From NCBI RefSeq assembly GCF_000012345.1, contig NC_007205.1, positions 990,001 through 1,022,000 of the forward strand: a stretch of 32,000 bases of DNA, written 5' to 3'. This document shows positions 1-8,831 of this stretch, piece by piece. The notes beneath the pieces are model-generated. The model was not told the DNA's origin, made no database searches, and saw only the letters and a program-made list of their open reading frames with translations. Positions within the stretch are counted from its first letter, which is position 1, and each line of letters starts with the position of its first letter. The stretch is from Candidatus Pelagibacter ubique HTCC1062 (GTDB lineage Bacteria > Pseudomonadota > Alphaproteobacteria > Pelagibacterales > Pelagibacteraceae). Position numbers and translations under genes: made by a program.

Positions 1-216
1 AAACCAATAGTTCTAAATAACAAGCATATATCTGTAATATTAAAATCAAAAACAGGATTTTCAATTAAATCAATATCGTTTAATACTATTAATACTATGA
101 TTGGTGAACACTTAATGAGTTATAAAAATAACATTAATGTAATAGGCCAAATCGGAGAGAATATCTGGAATAATAAAAAAACTCTTCAATTAACTATTAG
201 AGACCTTATCCTATAA
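1..216 (+). CDS. recJ: 3' end of a RecJ-like single-stranded-DNA exonuclease gene (partial, runs off the left edge)
   Basis: Frame-1 ORF is open from the window edge and stops at TAA 214-216. The visible 71-aa tail (...NVIGQIGENIWNNKKTLQLTIRDLIL) resembles the C-terminal OB-like end of RecJ. Only a fragment is visible, so the call is tentative. Confidence 0.5.
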   Translation, partial: KPIVLNNKHISVILKSKTGFSIKSISFNTINTMIGEHLMSYKNNINVIGQIGENIWNNKKTLQLTIRDLIL

Positions 217-266
217 CTTAATTACACTTGATAAATAATGACTTTTAAAATAAAAGATCACCTCAT

Positions 267-341
267 GGTCCCTTCGTCTATCGGTTAGGACAGCTGGTTT
301 TCATCCTGCAAAGGGGGGTTCGATTCCCCCAGGGACCGCCA
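267..341 (+). tRNA. tRNA-Glu (anticodon UUC), CCA encoded
   Basis: Hand-folded cloverleaf. 7-bp acceptor stem GGTCCCT/AGGGACC. D stem GTCT/GGAC. Anticodon stem GCTGG/CCTGC has one U-U mismatch. Anticodon loop TT-TTC-AT. T stem GGGGG/CCCCC with TTCGATT loop. Discriminator G followed by CCA. Strong resemblance to bacterial tRNA-Glu. Confidence 0.93.
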
Positions 342-346
342 TAAAT

Positions 347-598
347 ATGTTATATTACACATATATGCTCAAATCTATTTCAGCAGGTTATAAAAAGACT
401 TACGTTGGTTATACAAATAATTTAGAGCTAAGACTGAATAAACACAATTCTAATAATGGTGCTAAAGCCACAAAGGGATATAAATGGATTTTAATTTATA
501 GTAAAAAATTTAGAGATAAAAAGGAAGCTATGTCATTTGAGTATAAACTTAAAAATAATAAGAATTTAAGAAAAGAATTATTAAAAAAATCTCTATAA
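347..598 (+). CDS. small stand-alone GIY-YIG nuclease family protein (UPF0213/YhbQ-like)
   Basis: 83 aa. GIY-YIG-type elements YTYML ... TYVGYT, conserved Arg in NLELRLNKHN and Glu in KEAMSFEYKLK. The ATG lies 5 nt after the tRNA CCA end. Confidence 0.8.
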   Translation: MLYYTYMLKSISAGYKKTYVGYTNNLELRLNKHNSNNGAKATKGYKWILIYSKKFRDKKEAMSFEYKLKNNKNLRKELLKKSL

Positions 599-2703
599 TG
601 AAAATATCAATATTACTCCCTTATAAAGAAAATTTTTCATCTGAATATGCAGGTGCAGTTTCTATATTTATAAATGATACTGTTTTAAAAAGTAAATATA
701 AAAAAACAACAAATGTATATGGAAATACTGATTTTAAAAAAGATTTATTAAAAAATTATATTAATTTATCATTAAATAAAAAAAAATTACTTGAGAGTAG
801 CAGTAATTTTTATGTTAATAATTTTATAAAAAAAAGAAGTGTGATTAATTCAGATATAATAGAAATACATAATAGACCCAATTACGTAAAAAAAATTCTA
901 AAAATTAAAAAATCTAAAAAAATTTTATACTTTCATAATAATCCTCTTGAAATGAATGGATCCAAATCAATTAAACAAAGATTGTTTTTGATCGAAAATC
1001 TTGATCAAATTATATTTAATAGTGAATGGACTAAAAAACAGTTCTTATTTAATTTGCCAAAAGTTTATATTAAAGTTCAAAAATTAACTGTTATCTATCA
1101 GTCAACAATAAAACCTAAGATAGATTTAAAAAAAAAACAAAATATTATAACTTTTATTGGAAAATTAAACTCTGCAAAAGGGTACGATATCTTTGGTGAA
1201 GCAGCTATCAAAATATTAAATGAATTTCCAAATTGGAATGTGGAAGTTGTAGGTGATGAATCTCGAGAAAAAATTTATTTCAAACATAATCGTTTTAACC
1301 TTAATGGTTTTCAAAACCATAAAAATGTTCTTAAAATTTTAAAAAAAACCTCCATATCTGTTGTTTGTTCAAGATGGAATGAACCTTTTGGAAGAACAAG
1401 CCTTGAATCATCTAGCCATGGATGTGCGACAATCATTAGTAGTAGAGGTGGATTACCCGAAACAACTTCGGATGCGTTAATTTTAAGAAAAATTGATTCT
1501 ACTAATCTGTATATCTTAATTAAAAAATTAATTATTGATGAAAAACTAAGGAATAATTTACAAATAAATTCAATTAAGAATTTTTATCTTACTAATAAAT
1601 TTGTATCAAAACTAATAGATGATACTAGAGAAAGACTATCAATAAAATATTTTATTAAAAAGAATAAAAAATTAAAGATACTTCATATTACAAACTTTAA
1701 TGAACGCCATAATGGTAGATTATTTTATAATACTGGTAGAAGAATAAATAATGGACTAGTTCGATCAAATCATTCAGTTTTAACAATAAGTGATAGAGAT
1801 ATAGTGAGTTATCATAGATCACTTAAAGATTTTGATGGTTCAAAAAAACTTAACTCAAAAATTATTGACACGATTGCCAATTATCTTCCTGATTTAATTA
1901 TTCTTGGTCATGCTGACTTGGTCAGTTTATCTACATTAAAGTTTATAAAAAAAAATTATCCATCAATTAAAATTACACAATGGTTTTTAGATAAAATGAA
2001 TGAAGGTTGGAAAAAAAATAAAAGACGATTTCTTGATAAAATAGAGTTAATGGATTGTAGTTTTTGCACCACATCTCCTGATGCTCTATCTTTTCCTAAA
2101 AAATATAAAATTTTTTACATGCCCAATCCTGCAGATAGTTCATTTGAAACTCTAAAATGCTATGATAATAAATATCCCGTATATGACCTTTTTTTTGCGA
2201 TGTCTCATGGTGTACACCGAGGTATTTTAAAAAAAGGCAAATTTGATCAACGAAGCTTAATTATAAAAGAATTAATAAAAAAAAACCCTAACATAAAATT
2301 TAATTTACATGGCTTGGGTGATGAACAGCCCGTATGGTCAGACGACTTTAAATTATCTTTAAAAAAATCAAAGATGGCTCTCAATTTAAGTCAAGGAAAA
2401 CCAACGAAATATTATTCTAGTGATAGAATTGCCCAATTAATAGGAAATGGAATTTTAACTTTTGTTGATATAAAAACTAAATTGAAGAAATTTTTTTCTA
2501 ATGATGAGGTAATTTTTTATAAATCGATGAATGATCTTTCGAAAAAAATAAATTTCTATAAGGTAAATCACAAAATAAGAAATAAGATTGCAAAAAAAGG
2601 ACAAGAGAAATATCTCAAATATTTTAATTCAAACAAAATTGCTAATTTTATAATTGATAAAAGCATGAATTTGAAAAAAAAAAATAAATATTTTTGGGAA
2701 TAA
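598..2703 (+). CDS. two-module glycosyltransferase (N-terminal GT4-like GT-B module fused to a CgeB/DUF3880-like glycosyltransferase module)
   Basis: 701 aa. The start overlaps the upstream stop (TAATG). The N-terminal half carries the GT4 E-x7-E region (NEPFGRTSLESSSHGCATIISSRGGLPE). From about aa 355 (nt ~1660) a second module begins like an independent N-terminus (KKLKILHITNF...) and carries SKMALNLSQGKPTKYYSSDRIAQLIGNGILTF. Confidence 0.78.
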   Translation: MKISILLPYKENFSSEYAGAVSIFINDTVLKSKYKKTTNVYGNTDFKKDLLKNYINLSLNKKKLLESSSNFYVNNFIKKRSVINSDIIEIHNRPNYVKKILKIKKSKKILYFHNNPLEMNGSKSIKQRLFLIENLDQIIFNSEWTKKQFLFNLPKVYIKVQKLTVIYQSTIKPKIDLKKKQNIITFIGKLNSAKGYDIFGEAAIKILNEFPNWNVEVVGDESREKIYFKHNRFNLNGFQNHKNVLKILKKTSISVVCSRWNEPFGRTSLESSSHGCATIISSRGGLPETTSDALILRKIDSTNLYILIKKLIIDEKLRNNLQINSIKNFYLTNKFVSKLIDDTRERLSIKYFIKKNKKLKILHITNFNERHNGRLFYNTGRRINNGLVRSNHSVLTISDRDIVSYHRSLKDFDGSKKLNSKIIDTIANYLPDLIILGHADLVSLSTLKFIKKNYPSIKITQWFLDKMNEGWKKNKRRFLDKIELMDCSFCTTSPDALSFPKKYKIFYMPNPADSSFETLKCYDNKYPVYDLFFAMSHGVHRGILKKGKFDQRSLIIKELIKKNPNIKFNLHGLGDEQPVWSDDFKLSLKKSKMALNLSQGKPTKYYSSDRIAQLIGNGILTFVDIKTKLKKFFSNDEVIFYKSMNDLSKKINFYKVNHKIRNKIAKKGQEKYLKYFNSNKIANFIIDKSMNLKKKNKYFWE

Positions 2704-3414
2704 ATGAGTACTTCTAATAAAGTACCAATTTTAATGTATCATTCTATATCAGATAGTAAAAACTCTCTAAGTCTTTCGGTTGATAAATTTTATAATCAGA
2801 TGAATTTTATGAAAAAAAAAGGCTATAACACCATCAATTTAAATGAAATTAATCAAAATGATAAAAATAAATTTATTATTACTTTTGACGATGGTTACGA
2901 GGATGTTTTGATAAATGCTTTACCTATATTAAAAAAATTTGATTTTAAAGCTACATGCTTTTTTGTAACTGATTATTTGAATCTTCATAACATTTGGGAT
3001 CAACACAAAAATGATTTTATTTTATTAAAAACTATGAGTAAAATACAAGTTGATGAGTGGTTAAAAAATGGTATGACAATTGGATCTCACACCTCCTCAC
3101 ATAAAAATTTACAAAAAATTAATATAAATGAAAAAATTAGTCAGATATCAAGATCTAAGAATTTTTTTAAGGAAGAATTTAACATTGATGTAAAATTTTT
3201 TTCATATCCTTATGGATCATATGATAATGAAACTGTTAAAATCATTAAGAAATATTATGAATTTGCTGTAACAACAAAAAGATCCAGGTATATAAAAGAT
3301 AAATTTAATGAATATCTTTTACCCAGAGTTCCTGTTAATAAAAATGACAGTTTAGTTAAATTTTTTTTAAAAATAAAAACACCCTATGAAGATATTAAAT
3401 ATAAGAATGACTAA
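2704..3414 (+). CDS. polysaccharide deacetylase (NodB homology domain, CE4-like)
   Basis: 236 aa. NodB motifs ITFDDGYEDV and IGSHTSSH (metal ligands) are present. The ATG directly follows the upstream TAA. Confidence 0.8.
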   Translation: MSTSNKVPILMYHSISDSKNSLSLSVDKFYNQMNFMKKKGYNTINLNEINQNDKNKFIITFDDGYEDVLINALPILKKFDFKATCFFVTDYLNLHNIWDQHKNDFILLKTMSKIQVDEWLKNGMTIGSHTSSHKNLQKININEKISQISRSKNFFKEEFNIDVKFFSYPYGSYDNETVKIIKKYYEFAVTTKRSRYIKDKFNEYLLPRVPVNKNDSLVKFFLKIKTPYEDIKYKND

Positions 3415-4618
3415 AATGTATAAATACCCACTCTTGACTAATGCATTCAATTCAAAAGACATAAATGAAGGTATTAAAGTTTTAAAAACTAGATTTATAA
3501 CAATGTCAAAAGTTACAGAAAAATTTGAAGACTATTTCGCAAAAAAAATGGGATCTAAGTATGCTGTTATGACCAATTCAGGATCTTCTGCTAATTTATT
3601 AGCTTTGTCATGCTTAACACATCCGTTTAATAAAGAAAAATTATCATCAAAAGATGAGGTAATAATCCCCGCTATTTGCTGGTCAACAACTTTATGGCCT
3701 ATAATCCAAAATAATCTAAAACCAATATTTGTAGATGTCGATTTGAACAGTTTTAATATAGATACAGCCAAGATTATTAGTAAAATAAATAAACGAACAA
3801 AAGCAATAATGTTAGTACACGTTCTTGGCACATCAGCTAATATGACAAAATTAGTTAAAATTGCAAAAAAGTATAAACTTAAAATTATTGAGGACACATG
3901 TGAAAGTTTGGGTGCAGAATATAATAATAAAAAATTAGGTACAATTGGAAATTTCGGTACTTATTCATTTTACTATTCTCATCAAATAACTTCTGGGGAA
4001 GGGGGGATGATTGTTTGTGATAATTTACAAGATTATAATATTTTAAAAACTTTAAGATCACACGGCTGGTCTAGAAATACATCTTTTCACAATTATTATA
4101 AGAAAAAATATAAAATGTTAGACGATAAATTTCTATTTATAGGACCTGGCTACAACGTTAGACCTACAGATATTCAAGCCGCAATAGCTTTAAATCAATT
4201 TAAAAGACTAAATAAATTTATCAAAATTAGAAATAATAACCGTAGTAGAATAATTAAGACTCTACAAAAACACAAAAAATGGGATAATCAATTTAAGTTT
4301 GTAAGTGTAGATAAAAAAATAAAACCAAGTTGGTTTGGTTTGCCTATTCAAATTAATGATAAATTTTTTAAGAGTAAAAAAAAATTTTTAAATTTTTTAT
4401 CTACTAAAGGTATTGAAACAAGGCCAATTATAAGTGGAAATTTTTTGAATCAACCTGCGTCTAAAATTTATAAGTTTAAGTCTAAAAAAAAAGATTTTAT
4501 AAATGCTAATGAAATTGAAAAAAAAGGTTTTTTTATTGGTTTGCACACCAAACCACTAAAAAATGATGAACTAAAATTTATTGTTGAAAATCTTTTAAAT
4601 ATCAACTTATTTAAATGA
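3386..4618 (+). CDS. DegT/RfbH-family PLP/PMP-dependent sugar enzyme with the His-for-Lys signature of nucleotide-sugar 3-dehydratases (E1/ColD-like)
   Basis: 410 aa. NSGSSANLLAL is RfbH-like. GTYSFYYSHQITSGEGG has His where aminotransferases of this fold have the Schiff-base Lys (compare SFH..K....GEGG). The true start may be the ATG at 3416, one nt after the upstream stop, rather than 3386. Confidence 0.85.
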   Translation: MKILNIRMTKMYKYPLLTNAFNSKDINEGIKVLKTRFITMSKVTEKFEDYFAKKMGSKYAVMTNSGSSANLLALSCLTHPFNKEKLSSKDEVIIPAICWSTTLWPIIQNNLKPIFVDVDLNSFNIDTAKIISKINKRTKAIMLVHVLGTSANMTKLVKIAKKYKLKIIEDTCESLGAEYNNKKLGTIGNFGTYSFYYSHQITSGEGGMIVCDNLQDYNILKTLRSHGWSRNTSFHNYYKKKYKMLDDKFLFIGPGYNVRPTDIQAAIALNQFKRLNKFIKIRNNNRSRIIKTLQKHKKWDNQFKFVSVDKKIKPSWFGLPIQINDKFFKSKKKFLNFLSTKGIETRPIISGNFLNQPASKIYKFKSKKKDFINANEIEKKGFFIGLHTKPLKNDELKFIVENLLNINLFK

Positions 4619-5427
4619 AAATAGGCATAACTGGATCAAGTGGCAATTTAGGATCTTATTTAAAAAATCAATTTAGAGAATATAAGCTAGATTATTTTAA
4701 TGGAAGAATTGAAAATAAGAGTGATGTTAATAAATGGATTGAGGGAAAAAGTTTTGATGCTATAATTCATTTGGCTGCAATTGTACCAACCTCCGTTGTA
4801 AATAAACATAAAAATAAAGCATTAGATGTAAATTTTTATGGAACTAAAAACTTAATTGATTCAATAAATAAACTTCACAAAAAAAAAATATGGTTTTTTT
4901 ATGCCTCAACATCTCACGTTTATCCATTTAATAAAATTGCTGCAAAAGAAGTTACTAAAACAAAACCTATTTCATATTATGGTAAAACTAAATTACTAGG
5001 TGAACAATATATTTTAAAAAAAACAAAAAAAATTAGTCCATGCATAGCTAGGATATTTAGCTATACAACTAAAAACCAAGATAAAGAATTTATTATTCCA
5101 AGTATAATTAACAAACTTAATACAAAAAATAATATAATTAAATTTTCAAATATGAATCATGTGCGTGATTTTTTAGCTATAGAAGATATATGTACTGCCA
5201 TAAAAGTTTTATTTAAGAATAAAGCCGTAGGTATCTTCAATATTTGCTCTAATAAAAAGATCAATTTAACCAATATAGCAAATGTAATTAATTCAAAATA
5301 TAAAAAAGAATTAATATTTGATAATAATGAATCTACAATCTTATTTGGTAATAATAATAAAATCCTAAAATTAGGATGGTTACCTAGAAAGATTGATTAT
5401 GAAAATTATTTATTAAAGGTAATATAA
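4615..5427 (+). CDS. NAD(P)-dependent sugar epimerase/reductase (extended SDR, RmlD/GalE-like)
   Basis: 270 aa. Rossmann motif GITGSSGNLGS. Catalytic Ser region YASTSHVY and YxxxK in SYYGKTK. The start overlaps the upstream stop (ATGA). Confidence 0.75.
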   Translation: MKIGITGSSGNLGSYLKNQFREYKLDYFNGRIENKSDVNKWIEGKSFDAIIHLAAIVPTSVVNKHKNKALDVNFYGTKNLIDSINKLHKKKIWFFYASTSHVYPFNKIAAKEVTKTKPISYYGKTKLLGEQYILKKTKKISPCIARIFSYTTKNQDKEFIIPSIINKLNTKNNIIKFSNMNHVRDFLAIEDICTAIKVLFKNKAVGIFNICSNKKINLTNIANVINSKYKKELIFDNNESTILFGNNNKILKLGWLPRKIDYENYLLKVI

Positions 5428-5433
5428 TTTAAT

Positions 5434-6108
5434 ATGAGTTTTTTTTTAGAAATTAAATCCAATACTGTTAAATGTCCAAATGGTTGTAAATTATTTAATG
5501 ATAAAAGAAATTTTTCTTATTGGGAAAGTAAAAATGTAACTAAGGATGAAAAATATATAGTTGATTATTTAAATATCAATTCTGAAGTACTTAAAAATAA
5601 AAATATTTTACATGTTGGTATTGGAAATTCTTACATTGCAAAGAAATTGTTATCTTATAATAAAATTGATGGAATATCATTGTCTCAAAATGAATTAGAT
5701 TATGCCTCTAAATTAAATTTATCAAACTATAATTTTTTTTTTCAAAATAAGTATGCTAATCAAAAGTTATTTGATGATAAATTAAATTTTTATAATATTA
5801 TTATTGACATTAATCTAAAATCTTTTAGCTGTTGTGAGGTTGCCTTTGATGAAATGTTTAAAATGTATGTGAAGATAATTAATAAAGATGGCAAAATTAT
5901 TACCAGTAGAACCGGTCTCGAATGGTCTAGGATTATTAAACCTGTATTAAGTTTTTCTTTTAAAAATTTTCTCTATAAACGATTAAAGGAGTTTGATGGA
6001 CCAGAATCTAATATTCTTTCTATTCAGAACTGTGAAGAAATTTCAAAAAAATTTAACTTAGATATTGATCTTTCAGATCAAAATCTAGTTATATTTACAA
6101 AAAAATAA
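5434..6108 (+). CDS. putative class I SAM-dependent methyltransferase
   Basis: 224 aa. Weak motif I (ILHVGIGNSY) and an acidic post-I strand (KIDGISLS). No closer family recognised. Confidence 0.45.
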   Translation: MSFFLEIKSNTVKCPNGCKLFNDKRNFSYWESKNVTKDEKYIVDYLNINSEVLKNKNILHVGIGNSYIAKKLLSYNKIDGISLSQNELDYASKLNLSNYNFFFQNKYANQKLFDDKLNFYNIIIDINLKSFSCCEVAFDEMFKMYVKIINKDGKIITSRTGLEWSRIIKPVLSFSFKNFLYKRLKEFDGPESNILSIQNCEEISKKFNLDIDLSDQNLVIFTKK

Positions 6109-6112
6109 ATGC

Positions 6113-7066
6113 ATGAAAAAAATTCTAATTTTTAAAAAAGATAGAATAGGTGACTTCCTAAATATTTCTCCAATATTATACAATTTAAAACATAATTTTC
6201 CTGAAGCACATATTACTATAGTATGCTCTTCTTACAATTACTCGATTGCAAAACATTACACATTTATAAATAAATTTTTGATTTTTAAACATTCTGCTTT
6301 ATTTTTCTTGATAAAGAATTATTCATCTTTCTTCTTTAATAAATATGATCTTATTTTACAATTAGATTCAAAAAATTCATCGTATTTATTGGCCGCACTT
6401 ATTAGGGCTCATAAAAAAGCTAGTATCAAATTTATTAAATATAAGAATTTTTTTGGTATAAATATTATTAAAAAACGACCTTCATTTTTAATATCATTAT
6501 TCTATAATTTTTTTTTAACATCTAATGAAAATTATGATCACCCAAATAATAAAAAAAACCATTATTTATCACTATATCTTCAGATACTAAAACAACTTAA
6601 TATAAAAATACATTCTGAGAAACATTACTTACCCTATATGCCTACTAAAAATATTTACTTAAATAATTACTATAATATTCACATTGATGAAAGATGGTCA
6701 TTTTTTAAAAAACCTTTTTTAGAAAGATTTGAAAAAAAGCTTTCAGATCTAGTTATTGATAATACTGTTGTTCTAACCTCTAACCTCGGTGGAAATGATT
6801 TTTTCAATTTTCTCTTCTTTAAATACAAAAATAATAAAAATATTTATTTTAATAATAAAGCCACTGTAAATGAGTTAATTAATATTATTTATTATTCTCA
6901 TTCAGTTATTAGTAGCCACACTGGTTTAACCGTTCACATTGCGGCAGCATTTGATAAAAAAATTATTGATATTGTTTCACCTAAAATTTTTAATGAATTA
7001 GATAGGTGGATACCTATTAGTAGTAACTATCAGAGATTTAATTTTGAAAATTTTTTTTTTGAATGA
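6113..7066 (+). CDS. glycosyltransferase family 9 (heptosyltransferase-like)
   Basis: 317 aa. The N-terminus KKILIFKKDRIGDFLNISPILYNLKHNFPEAHITIV matches the GT9 pattern (ILII..s.iGD.l...P.l..Lk...P.a.I..l). The C-terminal SSHTGLTVHIAAAFDKKIIDI matches the GT9 nucleotide-sugar binding region (DSGpmHlAaAl). Confidence 0.68.
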   Translation: MKKILIFKKDRIGDFLNISPILYNLKHNFPEAHITIVCSSYNYSIAKHYTFINKFLIFKHSALFFLIKNYSSFFFNKYDLILQLDSKNSSYLLAALIRAHKKASIKFIKYKNFFGINIIKKRPSFLISLFYNFFLTSNENYDHPNNKKNHYLSLYLQILKQLNIKIHSEKHYLPYMPTKNIYLNNYYNIHIDERWSFFKKPFLERFEKKLSDLVIDNTVVLTSNLGGNDFFNFLFFKYKNNKNIYFNNKATVNELINIIYYSHSVISSHTGLTVHIAAAFDKKIIDIVSPKIFNELDRWIPISSNYQRFNFENFFFE

Positions 7067-7088
7067 TTGTAATTTTTTTAAGAATTAA

Positions 7089-7862
7089 TTAGTAATTTTT
7101 AAAATAGTGATCTTTATTAACATTTTTAATAAATTTATAACCTATTTTTTTTAATATTTTAAAAACATCTTTTTTACGACTTTTAAATATTTCAACCTGT
7201 AATAAAACATTATTTTTCTTTAATAGGTTTATAGCACCCTCTATTACATTTTTTTCATGCCTTTCGACATCTATTTTAATGACAATTTTCTTTTTTTTAA
7301 AAATTAATATTTCATCCAATATATCGCAAGATACTTTTTTTTTATATATTGAATTATTTGCATATTTTTTAAGCTCTTCGTCTTGTTTATTATATATAGA
7401 AAATCCACCTGTTTTATCTTTATTTGGTACCCACATTATAATTTTTTTTTTTATATTAGATAATGCTAGGTTGTATATCTTAACATTTTTAAAATTATTA
7501 ATTTTCATATTTTCTTTTAATTGATTGAAATTTTCTATTATAGGCTCAAATGAATAGGCACTTTTAACTAATTGAGATAAATTTAACGTGTAAAAGCCCA
7601 TATGAGAACCAATATCTATAAATATTTCCACTTCCTCTTTAATAATTAGTTCTCTTAAATATTTTATTTGCTGATTTTCATAAGCATCTCTTAGGTATAT
7701 TTCTCTATCGATTGGATTTTTCAAGTTTAATTTTAATAACAAATTATTATGATTAATAATAATGTCAGACTTATTCATAATTTTTAAAAATATCTTCAAT
7801 ACTGATGGAACTAGTCGTTTTAATATTTTGATTTTATACAAGTTGATAATTAATTTTCTCAT
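7089..7862 (-). CDS. FkbM-family methyltransferase
   Basis: 257 aa. SAM motif I FIDIGSHMGFYT and the FkbM-type C-terminal block IKIDVERHEKNVIEGA. Convergent with the glycan operon. Confidence 0.75.
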   Translation of the reverse strand: MRKLIINLYKIKILKRLVPSVLKIFLKIMNKSDIIINHNNLLLKLNLKNPIDREIYLRDAYENQQIKYLRELIIKEEVEIFIDIGSHMGFYTLNLSQLVKSAYSFEPIIENFNQLKENMKINNFKNVKIYNLALSNIKKKIIMWVPNKDKTGGFSIYNKQDEELKKYANNSIYKKKVSCDILDEILIFKKKKIVIKIDVERHEKNVIEGAINLLKKNNVLLQVEIFKSRKKDVFKILKKIGYKFIKNVNKDHYFKNY

Positions 7863-7871
7863 TTTTAATCT

Positions 7872-8828
7872 TTATATTTTTATTTTGTTTAATGCATTAT
7901 TTCTAAATAAATTTGCATCCTTAATATATCTTCTTACCATTTCTGTTGATTTATGACCTGTCATTGCCATAATATTTCGCTCTTCCACGCCTGACTCAGC
8001 AGCAGATGTTGCAAATCCAGATCTTAGACTGTGACCTGAATAATTCTTAGTATCTATTCCTAACATGCTTAAGTACTCCTTAATAAGCAAAGCTACTGTT
8101 TGATCTGTTAATCTGTTTTCTGATAACTTTGATCCCTTAATAAATCTTCTAAATACAGAGCCTGATTTTATCCTTGATATCTCTAGCCAGTTTCTCAATG
8201 AGACTACAGGACAATATTGAGAGCTGTCAAAGTAGGGTAGTGCTTTTGTAAAACCTTCACCAAATTGGTCTGTTTTAGACCTCTTGATATTAATTTTTAA
8301 ACCTTCTGAAACAAAATCAAGGTCATCAAAGTCTAATGAAACTATCTCATTTCTTCGAAACCCACCTGAAAAGCCTATTAAAATTATAGACCTATCTCTA
8401 ATTTTTTTAATTTCTTCTTTTTTTTGTTGATCTATGACATCAATTATTTGCTTTAAATTATTGATTAATAAAGGTTTTTTCCCTTTTTGAATACTACCTT
8501 TTCTTCTTTTTATACCCATAATATTTTCAATTATTGCAGGATGTTTTGTGTCCAAATAATGACCTTTTAACTTATGAATAACTCCAATTGATACTAACCT
8601 TCGTTTTAAAGTGCTCATTTTAACTTCTTTTGTTGATAAATAAGTTAGGTATAACGAAACTATTTTTGGCTCAGATGGTAGAGACTTAAATCCATTTTTG
8701 ACACAAAATAAACTAAAATCGGTAAAGTCTGATTTATATGCTCTTGCAGTGTTGATGGACTTAGAACTTTGTAGGTTTAATAATGTTTCTTTCTTTAGGG
8801 CATTTATATCTGTTATTATTTCATTCAT
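7872..8828 (-). CDS. tyrosine site-specific recombinase / integrase, Cre-like subfamily, apparently intact
   Basis: 318 aa. The N-terminal core-binding domain (NTARAYKSDFTDFSLFCVKNGFKSLPSEPKIVSLYLTYL) parallels the Cre N-terminus. Catalytic residues are present: Arg in GGFRRNEIVSL, H-x-x-R in HSLRSGFATSAAESGV, and His plus the Tyr nucleophile in TGHKSTEMVRRYIKD. Confidence 0.9.
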   Translation of the reverse strand: MNEIITDINALKKETLLNLQSSKSINTARAYKSDFTDFSLFCVKNGFKSLPSEPKIVSLYLTYLSTKEVKMSTLKRRLVSIGVIHKLKGHYLDTKHPAIIENIMGIKRRKGSIQKGKKPLLINNLKQIIDVIDQQKKEEIKKIRDRSIILIGFSGGFRRNEIVSLDFDDLDFVSEGLKINIKRSKTDQFGEGFTKALPYFDSSQYCPVVSLRNWLEISRIKSGSVFRRFIKGSKLSENRLTDQTVALLIKEYLSMLGIDTKNYSGHSLRSGFATSAAESGVEERNIMAMTGHKSTEMVRRYIKDANLFRNNALNKIKI

Positions 8829-8831
8829 GTT

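Noticed and set aside
221-234. ATTACACTTGATAA, between recJ and the tRNA, matches 12 of 14 positions of the left arm of the 8832-8868 palindrome (ATTACTATTGATAA).
   Set aside because: Only a half-site matches, and the expected right arm is absent. My rough estimate is that many 12/14 matches are expected by chance in 32 kb of DNA this AT-rich.
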